A DNA stretch of 24,275 nucleotides, from the IMG/VR virus record IMGVR_UViG_3300046030_000041; one strand, given 5' to 3'. The translations under genes and the position numbers were made by a program. Below, piece by piece: positions 8,841 to 17,921 of this stretch (position 1 is the first letter of the stretch; every line of letters starts with the position of its first letter). The notes beneath the pieces are model-generated. The model searched no databases. It saw only the letters and a program-made list of their open reading frames with translations, and was not told the DNA's origin. This stretch comes from an uncultured virus (IMG/VR IMGVR_UViG_3300046030_000041). Taxonomy: Duplodnaviria > Heunggongvirae > Uroviricota > Caudoviricetes.

Positions 8841-10448
8841 ATGAGCACTGACGAAAAAAGCCTGGAACAGGTTCTGTGGGATTCTGCCAACGTGATGCGC
8901 CAGACCATGGGGGCAGCGGACTATATGAACTATGCTCTGGGCCTTATTTTTTACAAGCATTTGTCCGACAAGACCCTGGAAGCGGCTGCCAATGCCCTGG
9001 TGGATGCCGGGAAAGTGGAAGCACAGGATGTGGCCACGGAAGAGGCCCGTCAGGGGGTGTATAAAAAATATTACGATGCGGAAGAATTCCACGAAGACCT
9101 GCTGGAAACCATGAACATGGATTATGAAATCAAACCGGATTTTACCTTTGCCGCTTTGATGGATTCCATCCGGAAGCAGACCTTCCAGCTGGAAAATCTG
9201 AACCAGGCCTTCCGGGACATTGAACAGTCCAATCCGGACCTTCTGGGCCATCTGTTCGACGATGTGGACCTGTATTCCACCAAGCTGGGGTCCACCCCCC
9301 AGAAGCGGAATGACATGATCGCCCAGGTGATGACGGCCCTGGCTCTCTTGAACCTGGACAGCCACAGCGGGGATGTGCTGGGGGATGCTTATGAATATCT
9401 GATCGGCACTTTTGCTTCAGATATGGGCCAGAAGGCAGGAGAATTCTATACGCCCCAATCGGTTTCCCAGCTGCTGACCCACATTGTGACCTGGGGCCAG
9501 GAAGCCAAAAAGGGCTTCAGCGCCTACGATCCGGCCATGGGATCCGGTTCCCTGCTGCTGAATGTACGCCATTATATCAAGGATGTGGATTCCATAGAGT
9601 ATTACGGCCAGGAAATCAAAACATCCACCTATAACCTGGCCCGGATGAATATGATCATCCACGGGATCGCTGCCACCAACCAGCATCTGCGGAATGCGGA
9701 CACCTTGGACCGGGATTGGCCCAGTGATGAAGTGACGAATTTCGACGGGGTCATGATGAACCCGCCCTATTCCCAGCACTGGAGTGCAGACAAGGGGTTC
9801 GAAAGTGACCCCCGGTTTTCCGATTATGGGGTGCTGGCTCCCAAATCCAAGGCCGACTATGCCTTTTTGCTCCACGGCCTGTACCATCTGAAAGATACCG
9901 GCACCATGGGTATCGTCCTGCCCCACGGGGTACTGTTCCGGGGGGCTGCGGAAGGGAAGATCCGCCAGAAGCTGCTGGAAAAAGGGTACATCTATGCAGT
10001 GATCGGCCTTCCGGCAGGGATCTTCTATTCCACCGGCATCCCCACCATCATCATGGTGCTGAAAAAAGACCGTCCCGGCCGGGATGTGCTGTTCATCGAC
10101 GGAAGCCAGGAATTTGAAAAAGGCAAGGCCAAGAACACCCTGACCCAGGCCAACATCCAGAAGCTGTTTCAGGCCTACACCGACCGGAAGGACGTGGACA
10201 AATTCGCCCATGTGGCCTCCTTTGAAGAAATCCAGGAAAACGACTTTAACCTGAACATCCCTCGGTATGTGGATACCTCCGAACCAGAACCGGAAATCGA
10301 TCTGGGAGAAGTGAACCGGGAAATGGCTGCCACCAACCACCAGATTCAGGCTGCGGAAAAAGAACTGGCGGATATGATGGAAGAGCTGACCACCGACGAC
10401 CCTAAAAAGGCCAAAGACCTCCAGGACCTGCTTCACCTGTTTCAGTAA
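8841..10448 (+). CDS. hsdM: Type I R-M methyltransferase subunit (m6A)
   Basis: LWDSANVMR N-terminal domain, GEFYTPQSV, SAM-binding YDPAMGSGSLL, catalytic NPPY, LPHGVLFRG and NLNIPRYV. Confidence 0.97.
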   Translation: MSTDEKSLEQVLWDSANVMRQTMGAADYMNYALGLIFYKHLSDKTLEAAANALVDAGKVEAQDVATEEARQGVYKKYYDAEEFHEDLLETMNMDYEIKPDFTFAALMDSIRKQTFQLENLNQAFRDIEQSNPDLLGHLFDDVDLYSTKLGSTPQKRNDMIAQVMTALALLNLDSHSGDVLGDAYEYLIGTFASDMGQKAGEFYTPQSVSQLLTHIVTWGQEAKKGFSAYDPAMGSGSLLLNVRHYIKDVDSIEYYGQEIKTSTYNLARMNMIIHGIAATNQHLRNADTLDRDWPSDEVTNFDGVMMNPPYSQHWSADKGFESDPRFSDYGVLAPKSKADYAFLLHGLYHLKDTGTMGIVLPHGVLFRGAAEGKIRQKLLEKGYIYAVIGLPAGIFYSTGIPTIIMVLKKDRPGRDVLFIDGSQEFEKGKAKNTLTQANIQKLFQAYTDRKDVDKFAHVASFEEIQENDFNLNIPRYVDTSEPEPEIDLGEVNREMAATNHQIQAAEKELADMMEELTTDDPKKAKDLQDLLHLFQ

Positions 10449-10457
10449 GGAGATGGG

Positions 10458-11675
10458 ATGATGAAAAAAGAAATGAAGAAGGTTCCGGTGGTACGGTTCA
10501 AGGGGTTTACGAGCGATTGGGAACAGCGGAAGTTGTCGGAACTTGCCATATTTTCCAAAGGAATAGGTTATTCAAAGTCAGATTTAAGAGAATCTGGCAC
10601 GCCAATAATCTTATATGGTCGTCTTTATACAAAATACGAAACTGTTATAAAAGATGTGGATACATTTGTTGAAGATAAAACTGATTCTATCTATAGCAAG
10701 GGTGGAGAGGTCATCGTCCCTGCTTCAGGAGAAACTGCTGAAGACATTTCAATAGCTTCCGTTGTTGAAAAGCCAGGGATATTGCTGGGAAGCGACTTAA
10801 ATATTATTCATCCGAATAAAAAGATTGATTCTACCTTTTTGGCAATCAGTATATCGAATGGCGAGCCACACTTAGATATGGCACGAAGGGCTCAAGGAAA
10901 ATCTATTGTTCATCTTCATAATGATGATCTTGCTCAAATTGGGCTTAGCTATCCGATACTTGAAGAGCAACGCAAAATAAGCAGATGCTTTTCACAGCTC
11001 GACCACCTTATCACCCTTCATCAGCGTAAGTCCGACCAGCTGAAAAAGCTGAAAGCCTATTTCCTCCAGAACCTGTTCCCGGACAAAGGGGAGAAGGTCC
11101 CGAAAATCCGGTTCAAAGGGTTTACGGACGATTGGGAACAGCGTAAGATAGGAGATTGTTTTACCGAACGTAAAGAGAGCATGCCTAAAGGTGAGCTATT
11201 ATCAGTCACAATAAATGAAGGTATAAAACGTTTTTCAGAATTAGAACGGCATGATAGTTCCAATCAAGATAAATCAAAATATAAAAAAGTGTGTATTGGT
11301 GATATTGCTTATAATTCTATGAGAATGTGGCAGGGCGCAAGCGGCTTTTCGGATTATGAAGGTATCGTAAGCCCAGCATATACAGTGTTAAAGCCACATG
11401 ATGGAATAGATGCCAGGTTTGTATCATATCTATTTAAAACAAAAGATTTAATACACGTTTTTCAGATAAATTCGCAGGGAATAACTTCCGATAACTGGAA
11501 CTTAAAATTTCCCGTCCTCAGCACAATTAATATAAAGATACCAGAAAAAATTGAAGAACAAAATAAGATTGCTGAATTTCTGGCTAAGCTTGACAACCTC
11601 ATCACCCTTCATCAGCGTAAGCTGGAAGCATTGCAAACGCTGAAAAAATTCCTGCTGCAAAATCTGTTTGTATAA
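10458..11675 (+). CDS. hsdS: Type I R-M specificity subunit (two TRDs)
   Basis: Duplicated conserved regions P-x-x-RFKGFT-x-DWEQRK and LD-x-LITLHQRK flank two AT-rich variable TRDs. Confidence 0.96.
   Translation: MMKKEMKKVPVVRFKGFTSDWEQRKLSELAIFSKGIGYSKSDLRESGTPIILYGRLYTKYETVIKDVDTFVEDKTDSIYSKGGEVIVPASGETAEDISIASVVEKPGILLGSDLNIIHPNKKIDSTFLAISISNGEPHLDMARRAQGKSIVHLHNDDLAQIGLSYPILEEQRKISRCFSQLDHLITLHQRKSDQLKKLKAYFLQNLFPDKGEKVPKIRFKGFTDDWEQRKIGDCFTERKESMPKGELLSVTINEGIKRFSELERHDSSNQDKSKYKKVCIGDIAYNSMRMWQGASGFSDYEGIVSPAYTVLKPHDGIDARFVSYLFKTKDLIHVFQINSQGITSDNWNLKFPVLSTINIKIPEKIEEQNKIAEFLAKLDNLITLHQRKLEALQTLKKFLLQNLFV
10494..11621 (+). repeat. Direct repeats flanking the two hsdS TRDs
   Basis: A 39-bp repeat at 10494-10532 and 11109-11147 (35/39 identical), and an identical 21-bp ATCACCCTTCATCAGCGTAAG at 11010-11030 and 11601-11621. 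Confidence 0.9.
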
Positions 11676-11687
11676 GGGGGAAACCGT

Positions 11688-14600
11688 ATGACTTCCTATG
11701 AATCGGAAGAAAGCATGGAACAGCACCTGCTCCGGCAGCTGACGGAACAGCAGTCCCAGTGGACACTCCGGGAGGACCTTCACACCATCCAGGACCTGTG
11801 GGACAATTTCCGGCGGATCTTGGTGAACAACAACAAAGAGCTGTTTGACGCCCATCCTCTTACGGATGGAGAATTCCTCCAGGTGCAGAACCAGCTCCGT
11901 TTCCCCACTTTTTACGACGGGGCCAAATGGATGCTGGGAGAAAACGGGGTGGCCCGGGTGGATATCCAGCGGGAAGACGCCAGCCTGGGCACCATCCACC
12001 CGGTGGTGTTCAAACGGGTGGACGTGGCCGGGGGCTCTTCCGTCTATGAAGTGGTGCATCAGATCCAGTTTCCCCGGAAAGAAGCCCTGGACCGGAACCG
12101 CCGGGGAGATGTGACCCTGCTCATCAACGGACTGCCCATGATCCACATCGAACTGAAGAACCGGGCCCATCCTTATATGGAAGCCTTCAACCAGATTAAG
12201 AAATACCTGAAGGAAGGGGTGTTCCGGGATATTTTCTCCACCCTCCAGATGTTCGTGGTGACCAACGGGGCGGATACCCGGTACATTGCCGCCGCTGCGG
12301 AAAACAGCCTGAATCCCCAGTTCCTGTCCCTGTGGCTGGATGACAAGAACCAGCCCCAGACTGATTACCTGTCCTTTGCCCGGGATGTGCTGTCCATTCC
12401 GGCGGCCCACCGGATGGTGTCCCAATATACGGTGCTGGACAGCGAACGGAAGGCCATCATCCTGCTCCGGCCCTACCAGATCCACGCCATCGAAGCGGTG
12501 AAAAATGCCGTGAATCCCTATACGGACGGGGGCACCCAGTCCGGCTTCATCTGGCACACCACTGGCAGCGGCAAAACCCTGACCTCCTACAAAACAGCCC
12601 ATTACCTGACCCAGATTCCCAGTGTGGACAAGGTGATCTTCGTGGTGGACCGGAAGGATTTGGACAACCAGACCACCGGGGCCTTCCAGGCCTATGCCCA
12701 GTGTGATACCATCGATGTGAGCGAAACGGACAACACCAGTGACCTGATGCGAAAACTCCAGGCCAAAGGCGGGGACGTGATCGTCACCACCATCCAGAAG
12801 CTCCAGCGGGTGATGAAACGGTACCCGGAAGGGTCCAATCAATACGAAAAACTCCACAAACTGCGGCTGGTGTTCGTGGTGGATGAATGTCACCGGGCGG
12901 TATCCCCGGCAGCCCAGGCCCAGCTGGACCAGTATTTTACCCGGCCCCTGTGGTACGGGTTCACCGGTACCCCGATTTTTCAGGAAGATGCCAAGAACAG
13001 CGCCGGGAACCTGCCCAAGACCACTCAGGAACAGTACGGAAAATGCCTCCACCGGTACACCATCAAGGAAGCTCTCCACGATGGGGCAGTGCTGGGGTTC
13101 CAGGTGGAATACCACAGCACCTTTGACCTGGAGGACCTGGCCCGGAAGAACCAGGTGACCGGCTGGGAGGAAGATGAGGACGGATACAGCCTGGAAAAGG
13201 TCCTGCTCCGGGAGAAAATCCTGGATGCTGCCTATGAGGACGAAGGGCACATGCGCCAGGTGGTGGATTTCATCATCAACCGTTCCAGCGGCAAACTGGG
13301 ACTGGACCGGGGGAAGGGGAACAACTTCACCGCCATTCTGACCACCAGCTCCATCCAGCAGGCCCAGCGGTATTACCAACTGTTCCAGGATGTGAAGGCG
13401 GGAGAAGTGCCGGGGCTGGAAGTGAGCAGCGCCATCAAACGGAAACTGGCAGATTTTCCCAAAGTGGCCATTACCTATTCCGTAACGGAAAATGAGGACA
13501 ACAGCTCCGTGAACCAGGATCGGATGAAGGAATCCCTGCAGGATTACAACGAGATGTTCGGTACCCAGTTCGGTCTGGACCAGCTGAACGCCTACAACGC
13601 CAATGTCAACGATCGTCTGGCCCGGAAAAAATCCCAGTACCAGGTACGGGAAGCCCAGCTGGATCTGGTGATTGTGGTGGACCGGCTGCTTACCGGGTTC
13701 GATGCTCCCTGTCTGTCCACCCTGTTCATCGACCGGAAGCCCATGCGGTCCTATGGGATCATCCAGGCCTTTTCCCGGACCAACCGGCTGTTTGACAGCC
13801 AGAAACGGTTCGGGCAGATCGTCACCTTCCAGGTGCCGGCCCATTTCAAACGGGCGGTGGATGAGGCCATGACCCTGTATTCCGCCGGGGGCGGCAGCTT
13901 TGTCCAGGCACCCACCTGGGAAGAAGCGGAAAAGAAATTCCGGGAAGCCCTGGGGAAACTCCGGCAGATTGCAGACCGCCCGGAAGCGGTGGATGGGCTG
14001 ACGAAAAAGCAGAAAATCAGCTTTTTGAAGGCCTTTCGGGATTTTGACGATGCTTACGGGGATATCCAGGTGTATTCCGAATTCCAGGACCGGGACCTGG
14101 AACGGGATTACAAGATTGCCGAAGAAATCATCGAAGGGTACAGCGGCAAGTTCCGGAATGTAAAGGAAGAACTGAAGAAGGACCCGGGGGATGGCGGGGA
14201 CGAAGAAGTGAACACCGCCATCAACTACGAGCTCCGGTGCTGGCACAGGGACCAGATCGATGAGGATTACATCCTGAAACTGATGGAAGCCACCCGGCCC
14301 GATGAATCGGCCCTGATGATTGCGGATACGGCCAAGAATCAGAAGATTTTCCAGGAAATCAACGAAGAAATCGCCCGGTTCCGGAAGACCAATCCGGCCA
14401 GAGCCGAAGTCCTGGAAGAAATCTGGAAAGACTACCAGGACAACCCGGCAGCTTTTGTGAATCGGAGTTTTGTGGATGAAATGAACGACCGGGTACGGGC
14501 CAGGGTGAAAGACACCATCGATACCTTTGCCCGGGAATGGTGTGTGGATCCCGAGGCTCTGGAATTCTTCATCGAAACCTACGATATCAAGAAAGGTGAA

Positions 14601-14759
14601 CACGACAAGCAGGTAAACCAGGACGCCTTGAAAAAGGCCAGTGATGTGAAAGAATACCGGAAAAGCCATCCGGATATCGGCCTGAAGTATTGGGGCAGGC
14701 TGCTGGCCGCCATCCGGGCTATGTACGTGGAAAAGCTCCAGAAGCTGATTGAGCAGTAA
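11688..14759 (+). CDS. hsdR: Type I R-M restriction subunit
   Basis: Nuclease motif [24 protein letters not shown], Walker [28 protein letters not shown] and IQAFSRTNR. Confidence 0.97.
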   Translation: MTSYESEESMEQHLLRQLTEQQSQWTLREDLHTIQDLWDNFRRILVNNNKELFDAHPLTDGEFLQVQNQLRFPTFYDGAKWMLGENGVARVDIQREDASLGTIHPVVFKRVDVAGGSSVYEVVHQIQFPRKEALDRNRRGDVTLLINGLPMIHIELKNRAHPYMEAFNQIKKYLKEGVFRDIFSTLQMFVVTNGADTRYIAAAAENSLNPQFLSLWLDDKNQPQTDYLSFARDVLSIPAAHRMVSQYTVLDSERKAIILLRPYQIHAIEAVKNAVNPYTDGGTQSGFIWHTTGSGKTLTSYKTAHYLTQIPSVDKVIFVVDRKDLDNQTTGAFQAYAQCDTIDVSETDNTSDLMRKLQAKGGDVIVTTIQKLQRVMKRYPEGSNQYEKLHKLRLVFVVDECHRAVSPAAQAQLDQYFTRPLWYGFTGTPIFQEDAKNSAGNLPKTTQEQYGKCLHRYTIKEALHDGAVLGFQVEYHSTFDLEDLARKNQVTGWEEDEDGYSLEKVLLREKILDAAYEDEGHMRQVVDFIINRSSGKLGLDRGKGNNFTAILTTSSIQQAQRYYQLFQDVKAGEVPGLEVSSAIKRKLADFPKVAITYSVTENEDNSSVNQDRMKESLQDYNEMFGTQFGLDQLNAYNANVNDRLARKKSQYQVREAQLDLVIVVDRLLTGFDAPCLSTLFIDRKPMRSYGIIQAFSRTNRLFDSQKRFGQIVTFQVPAHFKRAVDEAMTLYSAGGGSFVQAPTWEEAEKKFREALGKLRQIADRPEAVDGLTKKQKISFLKAFRDFDDAYGDIQVYSEFQDRDLERDYKIAEEIIEGYSGKFRNVKEELKKDPGDGGDEEVNTAINYELRCWHRDQIDEDYILKLMEATRPDESALMIADTAKNQKIFQEINEEIARFRKTNPARAEVLEEIWKDYQDNPAAFVNRSFVDEMNDRVRARVKDTIDTFAREWCVDPEALEFFIETYDIKKGEHDKQVNQDALKKASDVKEYRKSHPDIGLKYWGRLLAAIRAMYVEKLQKLIEQ

Positions 14760-14763
14760 GAAT

Positions 14764-14785
14764 AGCAGCCTCTTTTGAGGCTGCT
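14764..14785. terminator. Hairpin/terminator after hsdR
   Basis: Perfect 9-bp stem AGCAGCCTC-tttt-GAGGCTGCT immediately after the stop codon; the U-tract is weak. Confidence 0.55.
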
Positions 14786-14816
14786 TCCGATTGCTGAATA
14801 TGGAAGGGATGCTTTT

Positions 14817-15191
14817 ATGGAAAAGTGGACAGAAAGAGAAATCGATCTAAGTGAATATATGGGATATTATGTCACATGTACCGCATTGGAATTATTTTTT
14901 GCAGGGATGGATAAGAAAGACTTGCAAGAAATGATTGAAAGAAATCCCGCAGATAAAGAAGAAATCCTAAAATTACGTACAAGAGCTGGAGAATATTTTA
15001 CTTCGCTTGATATAACGGTAAACAAAGCGGCACTTATTTTAATGAATATTGGAGAAAAGGCCTATGTGAAAGGGAATCGGGAACCGTGGGCCGTTTATGC
15101 ACATCATCGGCTCAATAAAAGAGTAAAGTGGCCGATGATTATTACGGCAGTCGTCATACTGGCAATCATCTATTTCCTGTTTTTTAAATAA
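14817..15191 (+). CDS. Hypothetical protein with C-terminal transmembrane helix
   Basis: Start reassigned to ATG 14817 (GGAAGGGA upstream; the TTG at 14775 lies inside the hairpin), giving 124 aa ending WPMIITAVVILAIIYFLFFK. AT-rich. Confidence 0.7.
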   Translation: MEKWTEREIDLSEYMGYYVTCTALELFFAGMDKKDLQEMIERNPADKEEILKLRTRAGEYFTSLDITVNKAALILMNIGEKAYVKGNREPWAVYAHHRLNKRVKWPMIITAVVILAIIYFLFFK

Positions 15192-15239
15192 GCAGAGTAA
15201 GCGGAGTAGGAATTCCGCCTTAAGGAATATAGGATGCAA

Positions 15240-15276
15240 GAGGAACGTCCAAGTGACGGTCCTCTTATTTTTTTTT
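15240..15276 (+). terminator. Intrinsic terminator
   Basis: GAGGAaCGTC-caagt-GACGgTCCTC followed by TTATTTTTTTTT. Confidence 0.65.
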
Positions 15277-15303
15277 GTCTCTAACTCGATCATAACAAAC
15301 CTT

Positions 15304-15345
15304 AGCCGGTATGGGAGCCATAGTAGCTTCTCATACCGGCTTTTT
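15304..15345 (+). terminator. Second intrinsic terminator before the phage-like module
   Basis: AGCCGGTATG...CATACCGGCT perfect 10-bp stem followed by TTTT. Confidence 0.65.
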
Positions 15346-15376
15346 ATATGCCAGAAAAAAATTTTAAAGTTTTTTG

Positions 15377-15418
15377 GAAACCGTCAGAAAATCCACTCTC
15401 CCAAGGCTAAAGAGTGGA
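15377..15418 (+). promoter_or_regulatory. Conserved operon-leader motif, copy 1
   Basis: GAAACCGTCAGAAAA (15377-15391)-N13-GGCTA (15405-15409); stem TCCACTCT/AGAGTGGA with GGCTA in the loop. Confidence 0.7.
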
Positions 15419-15458
15419 AGGGGAAAACGATACTAACCCTCAGAAAGGAGGAAAAGCC

Positions 15459-15650
15459 ATGAAGCAAAGAGTTAGCATCAGCGTTTCTGCGGCAAAGGGT
15501 GGTGGGCATATCGCTGCCGTACGGTCTGTGTCCGTGCGGGAACGGATTCTGCGGTTCCTGCTGGGTGGGAAGGAAAAAGTAACCATCATCGTGCCAGGCG
15601 ACTCCGTAGAGGAACTGGCCATCAGGGAAATTAACGAAGGAGGAAACTAA
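15459..15650 (+). CDS. Small conserved phage-element protein
   Basis: ATG 15459 with RBS AAAGGAGG; 63 aa (MKQRVSISVS...VPGDSVEELAIRE); first gene of the replication operon. Confidence 0.75.
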   Translation: MKQRVSISVSAAKGGGHIAAVRSVSVRERILRFLLGGKEKVTIIVPGDSVEELAIREINEGGN

Positions 15651-15651
15651 G

Positions 15652-15963
15652 GTGACGAAGGACAATCTTGAAAATCTGGCGAACGAAATGGCCAATTGCA
15701 CAAAGACCCTGCTGCGGATTGTAGAAGCTCTGGAAAACGAGATGAACAATAGCACAGCAGAACCGGAAAAGGTGATTCCAGAGCGGAAGGCCCTTTCTTT
15801 TGAAGAAGTCAGGAAAACGGCGGCTGACAAGTCCCGTCAGGGATTCACGGCAGAAGTGAAAGCCCTCATCGAAAAATATGGGGCGGAAAAGCTCTCCAGC
15901 GTAAAGCCGGAAGACTATGAAGCCTTCATGAAGGAACTGGAGGAAATCAGCCATGCCGGATAA
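15652..15963 (+). CDS. Conserved phage protein typically upstream of DUF2800
   Basis: GTG start with RBS AAGGAGG. C-terminal LSFEEVRK...VKALIEKYGAEKLSSVKPEDY motif. Overlaps the next gene. Confidence 0.8.
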   Translation: MTKDNLENLANEMANCTKTLLRIVEALENEMNNSTAEPEKVIPERKALSFEEVRKTAADKSRQGFTAEVKALIEKYGAEKLSSVKPEDYEAFMKELEEISHAG

Positions 15964-17083
15964 GCAGCATGCGGTTCTTTCCGCCTCGTCCAGCTATCGC
16001 TGGCTGGCTTGCCCGCCTTCTGCGTTGGAGTGTGCTAAGCGGCCGGACACCACAAGCGACTTTGCCCGGGAGGGTACGGATGCCCATACCCTTTGCGAAT
16101 ACAAGGTGAAGGAAGCCCTGGGCAGGAAGGCCCAGAACCCTACGGGGACCCTCGACTATTACAGCGAGGAAATGGCTGAATGCACGGACGACTATGCCCA
16201 ATTCGTCATGGAGCGGCTTGCGGAAGCAAAGAAAGAGTGCAAGGATCCCATCGTCCTTGTAGAACAGCGGTTGGACTTCTCGAAATGGGTGCCGGATGGG
16301 TTCGGTACAGGAGACTGTGTCATTGTGGCGGACGATACCCTGACCGTCATCGATTACAAGCACGGGCTTGGTGTGGAAGTCAGTGCGGAGAAGAATCCCC
16401 AGATGATGTGCTATGCCCTGGGGGCACTGGACCTCTTCGACGGGATTTACGATATCCAAAGGGTCTCCATGACCATCTTCCAGCCAAGACGGGATAATGT
16501 CAGCACCTACGAAATGACCAAAGGCGACCTGTTTCAATGGGCGGAGAAAGTCCTCAAACCCACGGCAGCCATGGCGGCTAAAGGCGAAGGGGAGTACAAA
16601 GCCGGTGAGCACTGCCGGTTCTGCAAGATCAGGGCCACCTGCCGGAAACGGGCAGAGTATAACCTGGAACTTGCCAGGTACGACTTCGCCATGCCATCTA
16701 CTCTCTGTGACGCAGAAGTGGAAGCAGTGCTGGAAAAGGCCGATGACCTTGTAGCCTGGGTGGGAGATATTAAGGAATATGCCTTGCAGCAGGCTCTTTC
16801 CGGCAAGGCATGGGCTGGCTGGAAACTGGTGGAAGGGCGCTCCAATCGCCGTTATGTAGATGACGATGCGGTAGCCGCCAAAGTGGAAGAAGCCGGATAC
16901 TCTCCCTACGAAAAGAAACTCATGGGCATCACGGCCCTGACCCGCCTTCTGGGGAAACGGAGGTTTGATGAACTTCTGTCCGGCCTCATTGAAAAGCCCC
17001 AAGGCAAACCGGTCTTGGTACCGGAATCGGACAAACGCCCGGCTATGTATACCGCGGCAGAAGATTTTAGCAGTGAAAATTAA
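15953..17083 (+). CDS. DUF2800 family Cas4/AddB-like PD-(D/E)XK exonuclease
   Basis: HAVLSASSSYRWLACPPS, EGTDAH, FGTGDCVIV...IDYKHG, QMMCYALGA and HCRFCKIRATC (1+3 Cys pattern of Fe-S staple nucleases). Confidence 0.88.
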   Translation: MPDKQHAVLSASSSYRWLACPPSALECAKRPDTTSDFAREGTDAHTLCEYKVKEALGRKAQNPTGTLDYYSEEMAECTDDYAQFVMERLAEAKKECKDPIVLVEQRLDFSKWVPDGFGTGDCVIVADDTLTVIDYKHGLGVEVSAEKNPQMMCYALGALDLFDGIYDIQRVSMTIFQPRRDNVSTYEMTKGDLFQWAEKVLKPTAAMAAKGEGEYKAGEHCRFCKIRATCRKRAEYNLELARYDFAMPSTLCDAEVEAVLEKADDLVAWVGDIKEYALQQALSGKAWAGWKLVEGRSNRRYVDDDAVAAKVEEAGYSPYEKKLMGITALTRLLGKRRFDELLSGLIEKPQGKPVLVPESDKRPAMYTAAEDFSSEN

Positions 17084-17096
17084 GGAGGAACGAACA

Positions 17097-17660
17097 ATGA
17101 AACATTATGTAAACCCTTGCAAAGTCATTACCGGAGCAAATACCCGCTGGTCCTACGCCAACGTCTGGGAACCTAAATCCATCAACGGAGGAACCCCCAA
17201 GTACAGCGTGAGCCTCATCATCCCCAAGTCTGATACGAAGACTGTGGAAAAGGTGAAAGCGGCTATCCAAGCAGCCTATGAGGAAGGGCAGGGCAAGCTC
17301 AAAGGAAACGGCCGCATCGTGCCGAAGCTGGAAACCATCAAGAACCCGCTCCGTGACGGAGATCTGGAACGGCCTGGGGATGATACCTACAAGGACAGCT
17401 ACTTCATTAATGCCAATTCTGCCACAAAGCCCGGCATCGTAGATTCTTCCTGTCAGCAGATTCTGGAACGGTCTGAAGTGTACAGCGGGGTCTATGGAAG
17501 AGCCTCCATCAACTTCTACGCCTTTAATTCCAACGGCAACAAGGGCATTGCCTGCGGCCTGAACAACCTGCAGAAGATTCGTGACGGGGAACCTCTGGGC
17601 GGAAAACCCCGGGCAGAAGACGACTTTGCTACGGCAGACGATGATGATTTCCTGGACTAA
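17097..17660 (+). CDS. DUF2815 family, T7 gp2.5-like single-stranded DNA-binding protein
   Basis: Start reassigned to ATG 17097 (RBS AAGGAGG). Motifs RWSYANVWEP, KYSVSLIIPK, PLRDGD, EVYSGVYGRAS and GLNNLQKIRDGEPLGG, with acidic tail DDDDFLD. Confidence 0.88.
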   Translation: MKHYVNPCKVITGANTRWSYANVWEPKSINGGTPKYSVSLIIPKSDTKTVEKVKAAIQAAYEEGQGKLKGNGRIVPKLETIKNPLRDGDLERPGDDTYKDSYFINANSATKPGIVDSSCQQILERSEVYSGVYGRASINFYAFNSNGNKGIACGLNNLQKIRDGEPLGGKPRAEDDFATADDDDFLD

Positions 17661-17672
17661 GGAGGAACTATA

Positions 17673-17861
17673 ATGGAAAATATTTTGAAGTTGATTCTGG
17701 ATTGCCTGTACTGTCTGGTTGCCCTGTGTGTTGGCGGCTTTTTCGTGGCCATGATCTACACGGATATCAAAAAGGACCAGCGGGATGAAATTGCGGCCCG
17801 GAATCGGGAAGAACGGGAAGCAGAATATCATCGCAAACAAATGGAATCCTTTCGGAAATAA
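17673..17861 (+). CDS. Small membrane protein
   Basis: RBS AAGGAGG; 62 aa with a hydrophobic N-terminal helix and charged C-terminus; lies between ssb and pol. Confidence 0.7.
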   Translation: MENILKLILDCLYCLVALCVGGFFVAMIYTDIKKDQRDEIAARNREEREAEYHRKQMESFRK

Positions 17862-17877
17862 GACTTGGTAAATGGTG

Positions 17878-17906
17878 GCGGCGGGGCCTTGTGCTTCGCC
17901 GCTTTT
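17878..17906 (+). terminator. Terminator-like hairpin upstream of polA
   Basis: GCGGCGGGGC-cttgt-GCTTCGCCGC-TTTT (10 bp with two G-U pairs). Confidence 0.55.
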
Positions 17907-17921
17907 CTCGAGGTGAAACGT

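Noticed and set aside
10458..11675. Phase-variable hsdS inversion locus
   Set aside because: The repeats are direct and within a single gene; no silent hsdS copy or adjacent invertase is in the window.
11502..14669. 1055-aa ORF antisense to hsdR
   Set aside because: It is exactly in codon register with hsdR. The lack of stops reflects the rarity of TTA/CTA/TCA codons in a GC3-rich gene, and the ORF ends on entering AT-rich hsdS. No recognisable motifs.
15253..15462. 69-aa ORF, or a possible remnant of a regulator gene, before the phage module
   Set aside because: It runs through two terminator hairpins and the leader motif, has no clear RBS and shows no recognisable domain.
15953..17083. 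Cas4-like gene as evidence of CRISPR-Cas or a casposon
   Set aside because: No repeat-spacer array, no cas1 and no family B polymerase were seen. The context is a phage replication module.
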